Assembly: GCA_964291285.2 (NCBI GenBank)
Contig: OZ219788.1
Coordinates: 320,001-384,000 of the forward strand
Reading direction: 5' to 3'
Length of the DNA stretch: 64,000 bases
Source of the DNA: Alphaproteobacteria bacterium
GTDB taxonomy: Bacteria; Pseudomonadota; Alphaproteobacteria; Bin95
Shown: one piece after another, positions 26,570 through 37,834 of the stretch
How positions within the stretch are numbered: position 1 is the stretch's first letter
Layout: every line of letters starts with the position of its first letter
Program-made: the position numbers and the translations under genes
Notes under the pieces: model-generated
Told to the model about the DNA's origin: nothing
Database searches by the model: none
What the model saw: only the letters and a program-made list of their open reading frames with translations

Positions 26570-26920
26570 GCGAGCGGGCCGGACCCCGGCGGCGGGCGCT
26601 GTTGTCCTCATCGGTCGGACAGCAGGGCGACGGGACGACTGCAACCATGGCCGAAGACCCTGGCAGAAGACGGGGAACGCGTCAGCTTCCGGGAACGCCG
26701 CCTGCCCGCGACGCGAGAGCCGCATGTCCGGCGCTGCAACGGCCATGCAATTCAGGCCCGGAAGCCACATGATCCACCATGCAATCCGGCAATATGTGAC
26801 ACAGTGAATATTGTATAGCCATTCCCGATTCAACAATGAAAACAGAATGTTGATGCCATGACTGAACTATATAATATATCCACAACATCCGTAATGAAGG
26901 CCATATGACCTCCTGTCCGG

Positions 26921-27466
26921 TCATCCTGCGCCGCCCGCTTTCCCGCCACCGGCCCGCATCGCCGCCCGGCGGGCGATGTCGGCAGCGCGCTCCGGGCCGG
27001 TGACCGGCGCCAGCAACGCTTCCATCCCGTCCCTTCGGCCCTCGCGCGCCATTTCGTCGAGGCGCGCCTCGAACAGCAGCGCGACGGTCTCGCGAAGCCC
27101 GGCGGGCGCATCGCCGGAAAGGCCCGACAGCACCGCCGCCGCGCCTCGCACGGCCTTCCTTCCGCTGCCGGAACCGAAGCTCGCTGGCAAGGAATGCGAG
27201 CGCCTCGGCCATCGTCACCCCGCTGCCGGGCAGGGGGCCGGCAAGCCCGTCGCCGAGGGACGCAAGCTGGACCGCGCTGTCGTGCAGGGCGGCTGCTCGT
27301 CGCCCGTCAGCGCCATCCGGCAGTCCTCGCCCAGCACCTCCCTCAGGATGAAGGACGAGGTCTTCATCCCCGCTTCCTCCGCCAGCACCCGGATCGCCCA
27401 CCAGTCCGACTGCGGGCAGGTGATGCAATACTGCCGTGCGCCGCTTACGTCAGCCCTCCCGCCCAT
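26921..27466 (-). pseudogene. Degraded/frameshifted ribbon-helix-helix accessory gene(s)
   Basis: QYCITCPQSDWWAIRVLAEEAGMKTSSFIL RHH-like start; continuation appears in other frames. Confidence 0.5.
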
Positions 27467-27827
27467 CGTCGGCCACAGACGCCTCGGCTTCCTCCACCAG
27501 CCGCCGCCAGACACCGCCCCGGCCCTCGTCCTCGAAGCGCATGCGCTCCGCCAGAACGAGAAGGCGCAGGTCCACCAGCGCGCGGCGCCTCACCGCCAGG
27601 GAGAAGTCTTCCGCGATCTCCGCCGCCAGCTCCTCAGGCGCGAGCCCGCGCGAGATCAGGAAGTCCGAGGCCGACATGTCCGCCCTGCCGGCGCGGCTGC
27701 GGACCAGGCGCCAGTCGCTGTCGGTCGCCATCACCGAGCGCGGTCTCTTCCTGCCGTCATCCGCCGCCATCACACCTCTCCGGCCCCGGGACACAGGCAT
27801 GACCCGTGCCTTTTTACCGTGAACCAC
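27450..27827 (-). CDS. Ribbon-helix-helix protein (MobC/TrwA-like relaxosome accessory)
   Basis: RSVMATDSDWRLVRSRAGRADMSASDFL pattern; the true start is probably downstream (MAADDGRK). Confidence 0.6.
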   Translation of the reverse strand: MVHGKKARVMPVSRGRRGVMAADDGRKRPRSVMATDSDWRLVRSRAGRADMSASDFLISRGLAPEELAAEIAEDFSLAVRRRALVDLRLLVLAERMRFEDEGRGGVWRRLVEEAEASVADDGREG

Positions 27828-28103
27828 AGGAACGATACATCAATGTTGTATCCATGTTCATACGGTATGACCTTCTCCTGTCCATTCCTTGCCTTGCTTT
27901 CAGACAGGCACAGGCTCAAGTCCCTACAAAATTCCCAATCCGTTACCGAAGTGCCTCACTCTTCCAAATCTCCTACAAGAATGATCATGACACAAGGTGC
28001 TTGCATCTACCTCCATGATCTCCTATCATGAGCCACCTTGCGAGGAAGTCAGTGCTTCGGTCAACAGGGTGTTCCTATAGCCAAGAATTCGACTATCTTT
28101 GGC

Positions 28104-28440
28104 ACACCGCGCGCTCCACCGCGAACCCGAAGCCGCGACCGTCCAGAAGCTCCTTCACGACAGCGCCCACGCCCAGCCGATCCCACAGCCGACCGAACAG
28201 CAGCGGACCGCCGACCCGCACGCAGGCCAGCGCGCCCGCCTCCATGTCCTCCAGCACCACGGACCGCTCCGAATGGCGCGCCAGGGACGCGATCAGACGG
28301 TCCAGCTCCCCGCTCGCCTGCAACACGTCCTTGCGGCCGAGCGCGCGGATCGTGCGCTGGCGCACCCGCTTGCCCTCGCGCACGCTCTCCACGAGGTAGA
28401 GATAGCGGTGGCCCCGGGCGGTCGTTTGGCGCACGAACAT
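28104..28440 (-). pseudogene. IS1634 transposase, 5' part
   Basis: MFVRQ...YLYLVESVREGKRVRQRTIRALGR; joins the 3' part as FAVERAV|FVSVLHRL (544 aa in total). Confidence 0.92.
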
Positions 28441-28618
28441 GACCGCGTTGTATGTCTTCGATATCGACCAATCAAGAAAACAAGGCCAAATCAGCAAAAA
28501 TGTTTCACTACATTTTTCTCAACCCGCGCCAATCATCACCCCACTATCCAATCATTTCAACAACTTGGCGAAACCGCGCCCGGCAAAAATCGACACCGAC
28601 TGTTCAAGTTGGGTCAAG

Positions 28619-28705
28619 ATCACGCTGGAGAGAATCGCCGCCGGCCATCCAAACAGCCGCATCGACGAACTCCTGCCCTGGAGCTTCAAGCCCCCGTCAA
28701 GCTGA
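28619..28705 (+). pseudogene. tnpC: IS66 tnpC 3' end
   Basis: ITLERIAAGHPNSRIDELLPW, the canonical IS66 C-terminus, in frame with AWLK at 4881. Confidence 0.92.
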
Positions 28706-28783
28706 AAGCCGGGTGCCGCCGCCGCACCGCTTACCTTGGCGCGGGCAGAAGAGCTCTCCGGAGTGGAAGAACCGGACCACTAA

Positions 28784-29950
28784 TACCAGCGGGCATAGTT
28801 CAGAACCCATTGGCCCATTTTCGGGTTCCGATGGAGGCGATGCGTTCTGGTTGTGAGACGAGATTGTTCCAGGCCTGGCAGCAGTGATCGAGTATGTCGT
28901 CGTAGTTCTGGAAGACGCGGTTCGAGAGCCAATTTTCGCGCATGAACTGCCAGACATTCTCGACGGGATTGAGCTCGGGGGACCGGGGCGGGAGCGGCAT
29001 CAGGGTTATGTTGTCGGGGACTTTGAGGGCCGGGGATGTGTGCCATCCGGCCCGGTCGAGCATGACGAGGGCATGGGCTCCGGGTTCAACGGTGAGGGCG
29101 ACCTCGGCGAGGTGGGCGTTGAGTGCCTCCGTGTTGGCGTGGGGCATGACGAGGCCGGCGGCCTTGCCCTTCTGCGGGCATATGGCGCCGAAGATGTAGG
29201 CCGAGATGGTTCTCTGGTCCTTGGGCGCTGACGGTCGGGTGCCGCGTTTAGCCCATCGCCGGGTGATCTTGTTCTTCTGCCCGACGCGCGCCTCGTCCTG
29301 CCACCAGACTTCGACCTCGACGCCGTCGCCGAGTGCAGCGCGGATCTCCTTCAGGCGGTCGGGGAAGTTTTTTTGAACCCTGCCAGCGCGGCTTCGTCCT
29401 GGGCATAGTGGCGCGGGCGCGCAGAGAGCTTGGCGTAGCCCATCCGGCGCAACTCCCGCCCGACCGTCGTCTCCGCCAACGAGATGCCGAACTGCTCGCT
29501 GAGCCATGCCGCCAGGTCGCAGCGCCGCCACCGCACCACGCCGTGGATCGCCGGGTCCGGACCGCTCTCCACAACCGCCGCCAGCGCCGCGCGCTGCTCC
29601 CCGTTCAACTTGCGCGGCGGACCTGAGGCCTTGCGATCCTTCAATCCCTCCGGGCCTTCCGCGTTGAAGCGAAGAACCCAGTCCCGGATGATCTGCAAGC
29701 CCACCCCCGCAAAACGCGCCGCATCCGAACGACGGTAACCGTCGTAAATCACCGCAAGCGCAAGAAGGCGACGGTTCTGCGAACCATCCCGGCTCCGCTG
29801 CGCCAAGCCGCGCAACTGCGCCGCATCAAAATCCTCCCTCAAGGGGATTGCTGCCCTCATAACGACCCTCCAATCGCAGAATCGCTATTGAGTCAGAACT
29901 CGATAACCTTGGGAATCCCCTCAATGAGTCTCAACCCTCAACCGCTGGTA
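28784..29950 (-). mobile_element. IS630-family element
   Basis: IR TACCAGCGG/CCGCTGGTA, each end flanked by TAA. Confidence 0.88.
28800..29860 (-). CDS. IS630 transposase, two ORFs joined by a probable programmed frameshift
   Basis: HTH ORF 29351-29860; DDE ORF (WQDEAR, DRAGWH, SPELNPVENVW); A7C slippery site near 29367-29374. Confidence 0.88.
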
Positions 29951-29953
29951 TAA

Positions 29954-30380
29954 GGTCTAACCCGGCTACTTGCCGGGATGAATCAAGGCACTTTTCTTCC
30001 ATAATCTGCCATGCCATGCTGCCCGGCAGGGAGGACATGCCATGACCGAGACACGCAAACGAGGACGCCCGGTAGAGAAGCCGGAGCCGGACCCCATACC
30101 CGACAGCCCGGAGAATGTGCTGCGCGCGCTTGTGACTGCGCCGCCGCGCGCGGAGGACGATTGGGACTATCTCAAGCGGGTGCCCCGGCCGTGAGTCTGG
30201 AGTATCGCGAATATGTCGAATGGTGGTGTAGGTCGTTCCTTGACGTGTCTCATGAATCTGGAAGCATGCCGGCTAACTGGACGGACATAATTGCAGCGTG
30301 CATTGAGTTGGCTGCAAAGTGCGAGGCTCTGCCACCGATTCCTCCAGGATAGGTGCCTTGGCACTTTCGTATATAATCCC
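29954..30380 (+). mobile_element. Probable IS1595-like terminal remnant with passenger ORFs
   Basis: AT-rich end GGCACTTTCGTATATAATCCC abuts a truncated integrase; family call is from memory. Confidence 0.45.
30042..30194 (+). CDS. Small hypothetical protein (50 aa)
   Basis: RBS GGAGG; MTETRKRGRP...PIPDSPENVLRALVTAPP...WDYLK. Confidence 0.55.
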   Translation: MTETRKRGRPVEKPEPDPIPDSPENVLRALVTAPPRAEDDWDYLKRVPRP

Positions 30381-30917
30381 CAGGGAAAAGGCCATTGCCG
30401 CCATCGCCGAAGCCAAAGCCGACCGCGAGACCGGGCCGCTGTTCGCCGACTTCGCGGCCGACTTCATGCGCCGCCAGGGGCGGCGCTGGAAACCCTCCAC
30501 GAGGAAGGCCAACGCCCATCTGATCGAGCGCCGCCTCGCGCCCTTCTTCGGCGCGATGCCCGTCGCGAAGATCGACCGCGCCGATGTGCGGCGCTGGTTC
30601 GATTCCCTCAGCGGAACCCCCGGCAGCGCCAACCGGACCCTGCCGGTGCTCTCGGTGATGATGCGCCAGGCGGAGCTATGGGACCTTCGCCCGCAGGGCT
30701 CCAACCCCTGCCGCAACATGCGGCGCTACAGGACGGCGCCGCGCGAGCGGTTCCTGTCCCTGGACGAGTTGAAGCGCCTCGGCTTCGTCCTCGACCATGC
30801 GGAGGACCGGCAGGCCGCCGCCGCCATCCGCCTGCTGCTGTTCACCGGCGCCCGGTCGTCCGAGATCGCCGGCCTGCAATGGGACTGGATACGGGACACC
30901 CGCGCGGTGTTGCCGGA
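30381..30917 (+). pseudogene. Tyrosine integrase fragment, paralogue of integrase 1
   Basis: WKPST, SANRTLPVLSVMMRQAELW, GSNPC, LLLFTGARSSEI; both ends cut by IS termini. Confidence 0.88.
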
Positions 30918-31107
30918 TGTCAATCGGCGTTCAAAGTTGACCCCGGATCGGCGCGGAAGATTGACCCCTCTGTAGGTTGTCCCGGTAGTCAACAGGAGGG
31001 CCCCGCGCGGCTCCGCGTAGCGCCCTGCGATACGTGGAGCGGAGCCGCGCGGGAGGTGCCTGTTGACCCACCGGGGCAACCGGGCCGCCGGCCTGGGCGT
31101 CGCCGGG

Positions 31108-31836
31108 TCACGATCGATGTTTGAAGCGCCAGCTCTCGTTGCCGGTTTCGACAATGTCGCAATGATGGGTCAGGCGGTCGAGGAGCGCGGTGGTCATCTT
31201 GGGATCGCCGAACACGGAGGGCCATTCGCCGAAGGCGAGGTTTGTGGTGATGATGATCGAGGTGCGCTCGTAGAGCCGGCTCATCAGGTGGAAGAGCAGC
31301 TGTCCTCCGGCCTGGGCGAAGGGGAGGTATCCGAGTTCGTCGAGGACGACGAAGTCGCGCCGGGCGAGCTGCTGGGCGGTACGACCCTGGCGCCCGGCGC
31401 GATGCTCGGCCTCAAGCAGATTGACCAGGTCGACGGTGTTGTAGCAGCGCCCGCGGCAGCCCTGCCGGATGCAGGCGCGCACGATGGCGACGGCAAGATG
31501 CGTTTTGCCGCTGCCGGTTCCGCCGACCAGGACGAGATTGCGCTTTCCTTCCAGGAAGGCGCCGGTGACCAGTTCCTGGATCAGGGCCTCGTTGACCGGG
31601 GAGGCCGCGAAGTCGAAGTCGGCCAGTTCCTTGGCCATCGGCAGCCTGGCGCTTGCCATCTGGTATTTGATCGAGCGCGCCGTCTTGTCGGCGATCTCGG
31701 CCTGCAGCAGCGCGGCGATGATCTTCGGCGCCGGGTGGCGGCGCTTGATGGCGTCGGCGAGGATATCGTCCCAGGCGGCGCGCATGCCCGACAGCTTGAG
31801 GGCGGTCATCATCGCCAACACGTCATGACGCTCCAT
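31108..31836 (-). CDS. istB: IS21 helper ATPase IstB
   Basis: [27 protein letters not shown]. Confidence 0.95.
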   Translation of the reverse strand: MERHDVLAMMTALKLSGMRAAWDDILADAIKRRHPAPKIIAALLQAEIADKTARSIKYQMASARLPMAKELADFDFAASPVNEALIQELVTGAFLEGKRNLVLVGGTGSGKTHLAVAIVRACIRQGCRGRCYNTVDLVNLLEAEHRAGRQGRTAQQLARRDFVVLDELGYLPFAQAGGQLLFHLMSRLYERTSIIITTNLAFGEWPSVFGDPKMTTALLDRLTHHCDIVETGNESWRFKHRS

Positions 31837-33337
31837 GGCCGGCCTCCCTCAGACGGTCGTAGCGGTGGCAGTCGGCCACTGGCTGATGGCGAAGCTGCAA
31901 GCCCTCGGGCGTCGGGATGGGCGGAACCGGCGCCGGCTGGCGATGCCGGGCGAGGATGTTGAGCACGACGTCGGCGCTGCAGGCGCCATTGGCGAGCGCC
32001 TCGGCGCAGGCGGCTTCGACCGCCTCAAGTCCGTCCTCCAGAACCGCTGTAAGGATCCGGACGATCTGGCGGTCGCCATCGTCATGGCCGGACAGCCGGG
32101 CTCGCAGCCGACCGAGGGCATCGGGCAACGGCCAGTCCTTGAAGGGCGCGCCGTTGCGCAGCGCGCCGGGCTTGCGTGCCAGGATCGGCACGTAGTGCCA
32201 CGGATCGCAGGTGACCGTGCCGCGCGCGAAGCTCCGGGGGTGCTCGGCAACCGTCTCGCCGTCCTGGCGGATGACGATCCGGTTGGCGTAGGCCCGCACG
32301 TCGACCGGCCGGCCGACGGCGCGGGCGGCAACGCTGTAGTGGTTGTTGTCGAAGCGCACCAGGCAGGTCTTCGAGACCGCCGACTCAACCGCGTGGAAGC
32401 CGTCGAACGGACCGCAATACCCCACCAGGAACGGCTGCTCCTCCTCGAACACCTCCCACACCGTCTTGCCCGCGATCGACGGATGCGCGCGGCGCTTGGC
32501 GTCCCGGATGCAGGCGTCCATGAGCCATGCGTTCAGCTCATCATGGGAGCGGCCCCGCAGGCGCGGCACGAACAGGCGGCTGCGGGCGTAGCCCACCTGG
32601 TTCTCTACCTGGCCCTTCTCCCATGCCGCCCCGGGGGTGCAGGCCACAGGCTCTACCAGGTGATGGGAGCACATCTCCAGGAAGCGACGGTTGTAGGCGC
32701 GCTCCTTGCCGATGAAGATCGCGCTCACCGCCGTCTTCATATTGTCGTAGATCCCCCGGCGGCACGACCCGCCGAAGAGCCGGAACGCCCGCTCGTGCGC
32801 CTCGAACACCATCTCCTGGCCTTCGCGCGGGAAGACCTGCACCAGCATCATGCGGCTGTGGCAAAGGCGCATGTGCGCCGCCTTCACCCGGGTCGTCACG
32901 CCCGACAGAACCGCGTATTCGTGGCTCCAGTCGAACTGGTAGGCCTCGCCGGGGGCAAAGCTCAGCGGCACGAACGCCTGCGAAGCCGACAAGGCACGGC
33001 GCTCGCGGCGCCAGACGCCGGCATAGCGACGAACGGCGTCATAACCGCCGGCATAGCCCAACGCCGCCAGCTCCTCATACATCCGCATCAGCGACAGGCG
33101 ATCCCGGCGAGCCTTCTTCTCGTTCGCCTCCAGATAGCCGTCCAGAACCTCGATCCACGGACCCGGCTTTGGACGCGACTGAACCTTCCGCCCGTAGCTG
33201 AACGACGTCTCTCCGCTCCGGACCGCCTTGCGGACCGTGTTCCGGGATACCTTCAGCTCCCGGACAAGCTTCTTGATCGGGACCCCCTTGCCCAGATGCT
33301 CTCGACGGATACGCGCGATCGTCTCCACAACCAACAT
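31823..33337 (-). CDS. istA: IS21 transposase IstA
   Basis: [35 protein letters not shown]. Confidence 0.95.
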   Translation of the reverse strand: MLVVETIARIRREHLGKGVPIKKLVRELKVSRNTVRKAVRSGETSFSYGRKVQSRPKPGPWIEVLDGYLEANEKKARRDRLSLMRMYEELAALGYAGGYDAVRRYAGVWRRERRALSASQAFVPLSFAPGEAYQFDWSHEYAVLSGVTTRVKAAHMRLCHSRMMLVQVFPREGQEMVFEAHERAFRLFGGSCRRGIYDNMKTAVSAIFIGKERAYNRRFLEMCSHHLVEPVACTPGAAWEKGQVENQVGYARSRLFVPRLRGRSHDELNAWLMDACIRDAKRRAHPSIAGKTVWEVFEEEQPFLVGYCGPFDGFHAVESAVSKTCLVRFDNNHYSVAARAVGRPVDVRAYANRIVIRQDGETVAEHPRSFARGTVTCDPWHYVPILARKPGALRNGAPFKDWPLPDALGRLRARLSGHDDGDRQIVRILTAVLEDGLEAVEAACAEALANGACSADVVLNILARHRQPAPVPPIPTPEGLQLRHQPVADCHRYDRLREAGHGAS

Positions 33338-33691
33338 CTCCCACCTCCTCGTCCATCAAGAAAACGAGGCGGCTTCAAAGGACACAGCCCTCGGGGGGTC
33401 AATTTTGGAAGCCGATCACCCCCGAACGGGGGTCAATATTCCACGCCGAATTACACACAGTGCAGCCGTCGACTGGATGCTCTCGGCCATCCGTCCCCAT
33501 GAGTGCTCGATTCTGCTTGCCGGCTGCGGGGTCACGGTCGAGGATCTGGCCCGACATGCCCGGACTCACCACTACCAGCGCCGTCTCTTGTGCGCTACCT
33601 CAACCAATTCGTCTTTCCCCCGCTGTAGCCTCCACGCCCTGAAGGGGATGGGGCGTGCCGCGCCAAAGCTGCTCGAGAGAGAGGCCACGAA

Positions 33692-33865
33692 ATGACGGAC
33701 ATCGACAGGAACCGGCCGGAGGCGCCCGCCGAAGCGGAGCCGAAAGAGGAGACGAGCCGGGCATCGACGGCGCGGCGCGAGGCAACATCCGATGCGATGA
33801 TGCAGGCCATCGAGGACGACATAGACCGGCGCTCGGGCGTCTATCGGCACCTGGCGGCTTCCTGA
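33692..33865 (+). CDS. Small hypothetical protein (57 aa)
   Basis: RBS GAGAGG; MTDIDRNR...DRRSGVYRHLAAS. Confidence 0.3.
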   Translation: MTDIDRNRPEAPAEAEPKEETSRASTARREATSDAMMQAIEDDIDRRSGVYRHLAAS

Positions 33866-34036
33866 CAGCCCGGAGGCGCTGCGATGGCCCCTGACCTCCA
33901 CTGGTCGCATGATCCCGCGGGTATGAAGCTCCCGGTGCACCGGCCGTCTCCCCCCGGGATCCCGTAGATCCCGGGAGAAGAAAAGACCCTGCGTGAGCGC
34001 ATGCGTCTGCGAATCGCGCCGGTCTGGGGGCGGCCG

Positions 34037-37000
34037 TTAGAGCGCTGTCCACGCATTGCGGACCTCTACGAATTCACTGGAGTCGCTACAGATCGCCCGC
34101 CAGCGCCTGATCGATCCCGGCTCCTCCTTCCCCAACGCGCTGTAGCGCTCAGCCAACGCCGATGCCAGGGCCGCGGCCGAGGCCCGGGTCGGGATCAGTT
34201 CGTCCCCATCGTTACCCCTGACGCGGTTCTGATCGGTTTCTTCGGAGATATGACCGAGGCCTGCCAGCAGACCGCATTCTCTCTCCCTGGGCAGGAACCA
34301 GGGCAGCCTCCTGACCAGGCTCCCCGTATAGCGCAGCCTCGCGGCAAGCGCTGGACGGTGGCGCCACCAGATACCATCGGCAAGCGTCGTCTCCACTGCG
34401 GAAAATGTCTCGCGCCTGTCCTCCGGCAGCGTATGCGCCGCCAGAAGTTCCGTCGCAGACAGCGCATCGACTATCACGCCGCGCTCGGTGTCAGACAACG
34501 CGGCCTTCACTCGCCCGATCACCCGTTCCAGCATTTCGGGCACGACCTTCAAGGCCGCCGCTTCGAGCCTCAATGCAGGGATGCCGTCTCCCTCTAGGTC
34601 CGCAAGGAACGTCCGTAGCGCATCTGCCAGATTGTCGTTGTCGACTGCTGCGGGGACGCGGGCAAATACGGCTGAAAGGGCGTCAACGCCTCCAGAAATT
34701 ACCTTATGAGTGTGTTCAGCAACTGAACCGACAAACGGATCCGGCTGGGAGTCATGCGTCCCGTGCTTGTTGCTCCGCCACCAGTTCGAGGCTTCCGCAA
34801 GCAGCTCCTTCGCCTCCGGACGGGTCCATTTGACCCAAAACGCCGAGTTGCGTAGCTCGTTCATGGAGTTGTCCGGGACGGTGCGTCCCCAATGTGGAAT
34901 TTTCGACCTCAAGCGCTGCTTCACGAGCGGCTCAGGGTCGATGTCGGCGGGGTGAGGCAATCTCAGACACATGAAGTCGGGGTATCCAGGCACCACCGGC
35001 ACTTCCGGCGCTTCCACGCCGTCCCACACCAAGTTCCCGAGGCGTTTGGACTGTTCTTCGTCCAGCTGGTCTTTCTCGTGCAGCCAGACAAGCGGCGCTG
35101 CCGCCCAGTCCCGCTCGGCCTTGGAGGTGCTGCACGACATCCGATCTAGCAATTCGTCGACCTTGCCGGGCTGTATGCCGAGTGCTCCTGGCCGAACCGG
35201 TTCAGGCAGATTCACCAACAATACCGGGTGAACGTGTTCCCCAACCGGAATCCCTCCGCCAGGCCCCATCGGTAACGGCTGCGGGAGCCCGATCAACGTC
35301 GGCGCTGCCCGCGCCAGCTCCACTGCCGACATGCTTTCGAGAAGACGATGAACAAACCGGGGGATGTTGAACACCAGCCTCCATCTGAGCGGCAGGCCGT
35401 AGATCCGACCGAGCATTTCCACCAGGCACTCTCGGTATTCTGGTGAGCACTTGCAGCAGAGGCGCGAAAACACCTCCGGGAGCGTACGCGCGAGCGGCTC
35501 GAGAATTCCGTCGCCGGACGGAGCCGTTCCTTCGAACATGGACACTATGCGGTCCAGCGCCTTTAGGTAAGCGTCGCAATGCCTATCGACTTCGGTTTGC
35601 GTCAGGCCAGCGAGATACTCACGGTCGAACAGGCTGTCTGCGGCTCTCTCGCTGCCCAGGCGGGCGATGGCCACCAATGCCCAGTGCGGCGACTGCATGC
35701 CCATGCGACGCACTGCGCCCTCGAGCCACCTGCCAACGAACGTTGTGTATCCAATGCGGTAGGGCATGCCGAGGTCTTCGTACATCCGCAGCAGCCTGTA
35801 GGCCGAAAGCGCCTCTTCATCGGGGCCGAAGCGGTAGTTTCTGAATACAAGGCCGGTATCGAAATCAGGGGTCTCTACCCTCGTGCTCCAAGGAGGAGTC
35901 GGCGGAGCAGACCGGACATGCGCGGACAACAATTCCACCTCGCGATGCGGCGCGCAGTTGTATCGGACCAGCTCGTTCTGCCGCTCCGTCAGGTCCCGCA
36001 GGTCGATGCCGCTGGGTTGCTCCGAATCCTCTTCCACCGTCAGCAGGCCGGAGTCGAGCATCTGGTAATGAAGCATTACCACTGACTCCTGCGAGACGAG
36101 CGTGTAGTCGTCGGCGCCCCGGTTCTGGCGCTGCTGTCGACGGATGGTCGCAAGGCTCGATTCAAGAGCCGGGCGGGCGTCCTTATCCCCCTGCAACTCT
36201 GCCAGCAGGACGGTGCGGTTTGCGTCCAGGAAGGGCGTGGCATCGTTGTCTGGCCACTCGTCGGCCAGCAGCTGCCTGGCTTCCTCCGGGTCGAAACGGA
36301 ACAGCGCCTGCAACGCTGTCTCAAGCCGGAACCGGGCCCTGTATTCGAGCGTTATGGCGTTGAGGTTGAGGCTTGCCTCGAGCCTCCTCCTTACCGCCTC
36401 CCATTCGTCATGCAGGCCCTGCTCACGATAGTGCCGCATCAGCCATAGCCGGACTTCGAAGACGGCGGCGACTACACAGGTTGTCTCCCTGCCAACCTCT
36501 TCCAGAAACTCCGCCGAAGCGTTGCCGTATTTGTGCTCAACCTCTTCCAGAAACGACGACAGGTCGCCCACCGTCGGCACCCTGAGCGGCATAAGGCACC
36601 GGTCTAGGCGCCACGCCAGCTCGAACGCCAGGTCCAGGTCTAGGCCCGGCTCCAGCGCTTGTCGTTCCGCTCCCGACAATCCGGACAGATGCGACAGCCA
36701 GTTTTCGGTGTGGAGCCAAAGTTGCAGTCGCCCTTCTGCCGGCGCCACCACCCAGCCCGGGTAGTCGAGGCGTTGTCGGCGCCATTCCTCCACGACTTCG
36801 CCGTACCTGTGGGGATCGCTCTGCCGTAACCAAGGCTGCTCTTCCGGCGACACCCTTGGCCATTCCGAGACCCGCGGCTTGCGCTCCTCAAGTTCCTTCA
36901 GGAGCCAGTTCAACGCTTCTTCTTCGCGTTTTTCGTGGCCCGGCGCGATCCACGACAGGTCGATCGGGACAATGCCCCGGTCGCAGAGCAGCTGGTTGTC

Positions 37001-37720
37001 TGCCTCACCAAGGCGACCGAGTGCGACAAGATAAATCCCGAGCGCGTCCTTCCTCCCGATATGGTCGCGCATCCAGCCGAGCCATTGCAGGAAGTTCGGG
37101 TCGTCCGCCGAAAAGCCGACTAGGCATAGCTTGTTCTCAAGCAGGGCCTGGCGAACCGTGTTTACAAACGGATCGTGGTCGAGAGGATATCGGCGATAGT
37201 CCTCCTCGGTGATGATGAACGGCCCCTCCGGGAAGCTGCCGTGCAGCTTGACGATCCTCGCCCCCTCCGCATCCGGGATTTCCTTCTCCGTGGTGACGAC
37301 GGTGTAATGCTTGAGCGGTACGGCCGGCAACGCCCGCTCCAGGAGCGTGTCGTAGTTCGTCGTGAACACATCCTTCCAGGGCAAGCCCAGCAACCGGCTA
37401 TGTAACAGCGATGGCGGATGCCGGTCGGGGATGGCCTGACGGAGCAGGTCGTCCAGGGCAGGTCGCCCGAACATGGCCTGGACCTGCCCGGCCAATTTGA
37501 GAATGTCCAGATACCTGGCGTCATCTCCCGGAGAACATCCGTGAATTCTTTCGTAGAACCGGTCCCCCAGCTTCTGCCAGATCGGGAATTCCGAACTCGC
37601 ATTCAGGCTGAACCCCGCGCCGACCATCACGGCAGCCTTGTTCGCCCACAACCGGGCTGCGAGATCGTCGAGACAGCATTTCACATGGGCAGGGGCCTCG
37701 TCGGACATTGCCAGCCTCAT
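34037..37720 (-). CDS. SIR2-domain anti-phage protein, Dsr2-like (proteobacterial type)
   Basis: AVMVGAGFS, FTTNYDTLLER, VKLHGSFP, ITEEDYRRYP, GFSADDPNFLQW; long helical C-terminus. Confidence 0.85.
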   Translation of the reverse strand: MRLAMSDEAPAHVKCCLDDLAARLWANKAAVMVGAGFSLNASSEFPIWQKLGDRFYERIHGCSPGDDARYLDILKLAGQVQAMFGRPALDDLLRQAIPDRHPPSLLHSRLLGLPWKDVFTTNYDTLLERALPAVPLKHYTVVTTEKEIPDAEGARIVKLHGSFPEGPFIITEEDYRRYPLDHDPFVNTVRQALLENKLCLVGFSADDPNFLQWLGWMRDHIGRKDALGIYLVALGRLGEADNQLLCDRGIVPIDLSWIAPGHEKREEEALNWLLKELEERKPRVSEWPRVSPEEQPWLRQSDPHRYGEVVEEWRRQRLDYPGWVVAPAEGRLQLWLHTENWLSHLSGLSGAERQALEPGLDLDLAFELAWRLDRCLMPLRVPTVGDLSSFLEEVEHKYGNASAEFLEEVGRETTCVVAAVFEVRLWLMRHYREQGLHDEWEAVRRRLEASLNLNAITLEYRARFRLETALQALFRFDPEEARQLLADEWPDNDATPFLDANRTVLLAELQGDKDARPALESSLATIRRQQRQNRGADDYTLVSQESVVMLHYQMLDSGLLTVEEDSEQPSGIDLRDLTERQNELVRYNCAPHREVELLSAHVRSAPPTPPWSTRVETPDFDTGLVFRNYRFGPDEEALSAYRLLRMYEDLGMPYRIGYTTFVGRWLEGAVRRMGMQSPHWALVAIARLGSERAADSLFDREYLAGLTQTEVDRHCDAYLKALDRIVSMFEGTAPSGDGILEPLARTLPEVFSRLCCKCSPEYRECLVEMLGRIYGLPLRWRLVFNIPRFVHRLLESMSAVELARAAPTLIGLPQPLPMGPGGGIPVGEHVHPVLLVNLPEPVRPGALGIQPGKVDELLDRMSCSTSKAERDWAAAPLVWLHEKDQLDEEQSKRLGNLVWDGVEAPEVPVVPGYPDFMCLRLPHPADIDPEPLVKQRLRSKIPHWGRTVPDNSMNELRNSAFWVKWTRPEAKELLAEASNWWRSNKHGTHDSQPDPFVGSVAEHTHKVISGGVDALSAVFARVPAAVDNDNLADALRTFLADLEGDGIPALRLEAAALKVVPEMLERVIGRVKAALSDTERGVIVDALSATELLAAHTLPEDRRETFSAVETTLADGIWWRHRPALAARLRYTGSLVRRLPWFLPRERECGLLAGLGHISEETDQNRVRGNDGDELIPTRASAAALASALAERYSALGKEEPGSIRRWRAICSDSSEFVEVRNAWTAL

Positions 37721-37834
37721 CCATCGAAGCGAATGGCCAACCCTAGTCCCGTTCTCTCCACAGCGCTACGCCGGCCTTCAGCGGCATCCTTCGGCCGCAT
37801 TGTCGTAATCGGGATGAGCCTGAATTTTTTGTTG

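Larger units (their letters stand above)
30918..33455 (-). mobile_element. IS21-family element (second, distinct)
   Basis: IR TGT(CAA/AAT)TCGGCGT...TTGACCCC with internal repeats; no TSD. Confidence 0.9.

Noticed and set aside
29351-29380. IS630 transposase as a pseudogene
   Set aside because: The break lies at an A7C slippery run, typical of programmed frameshifting in this family.
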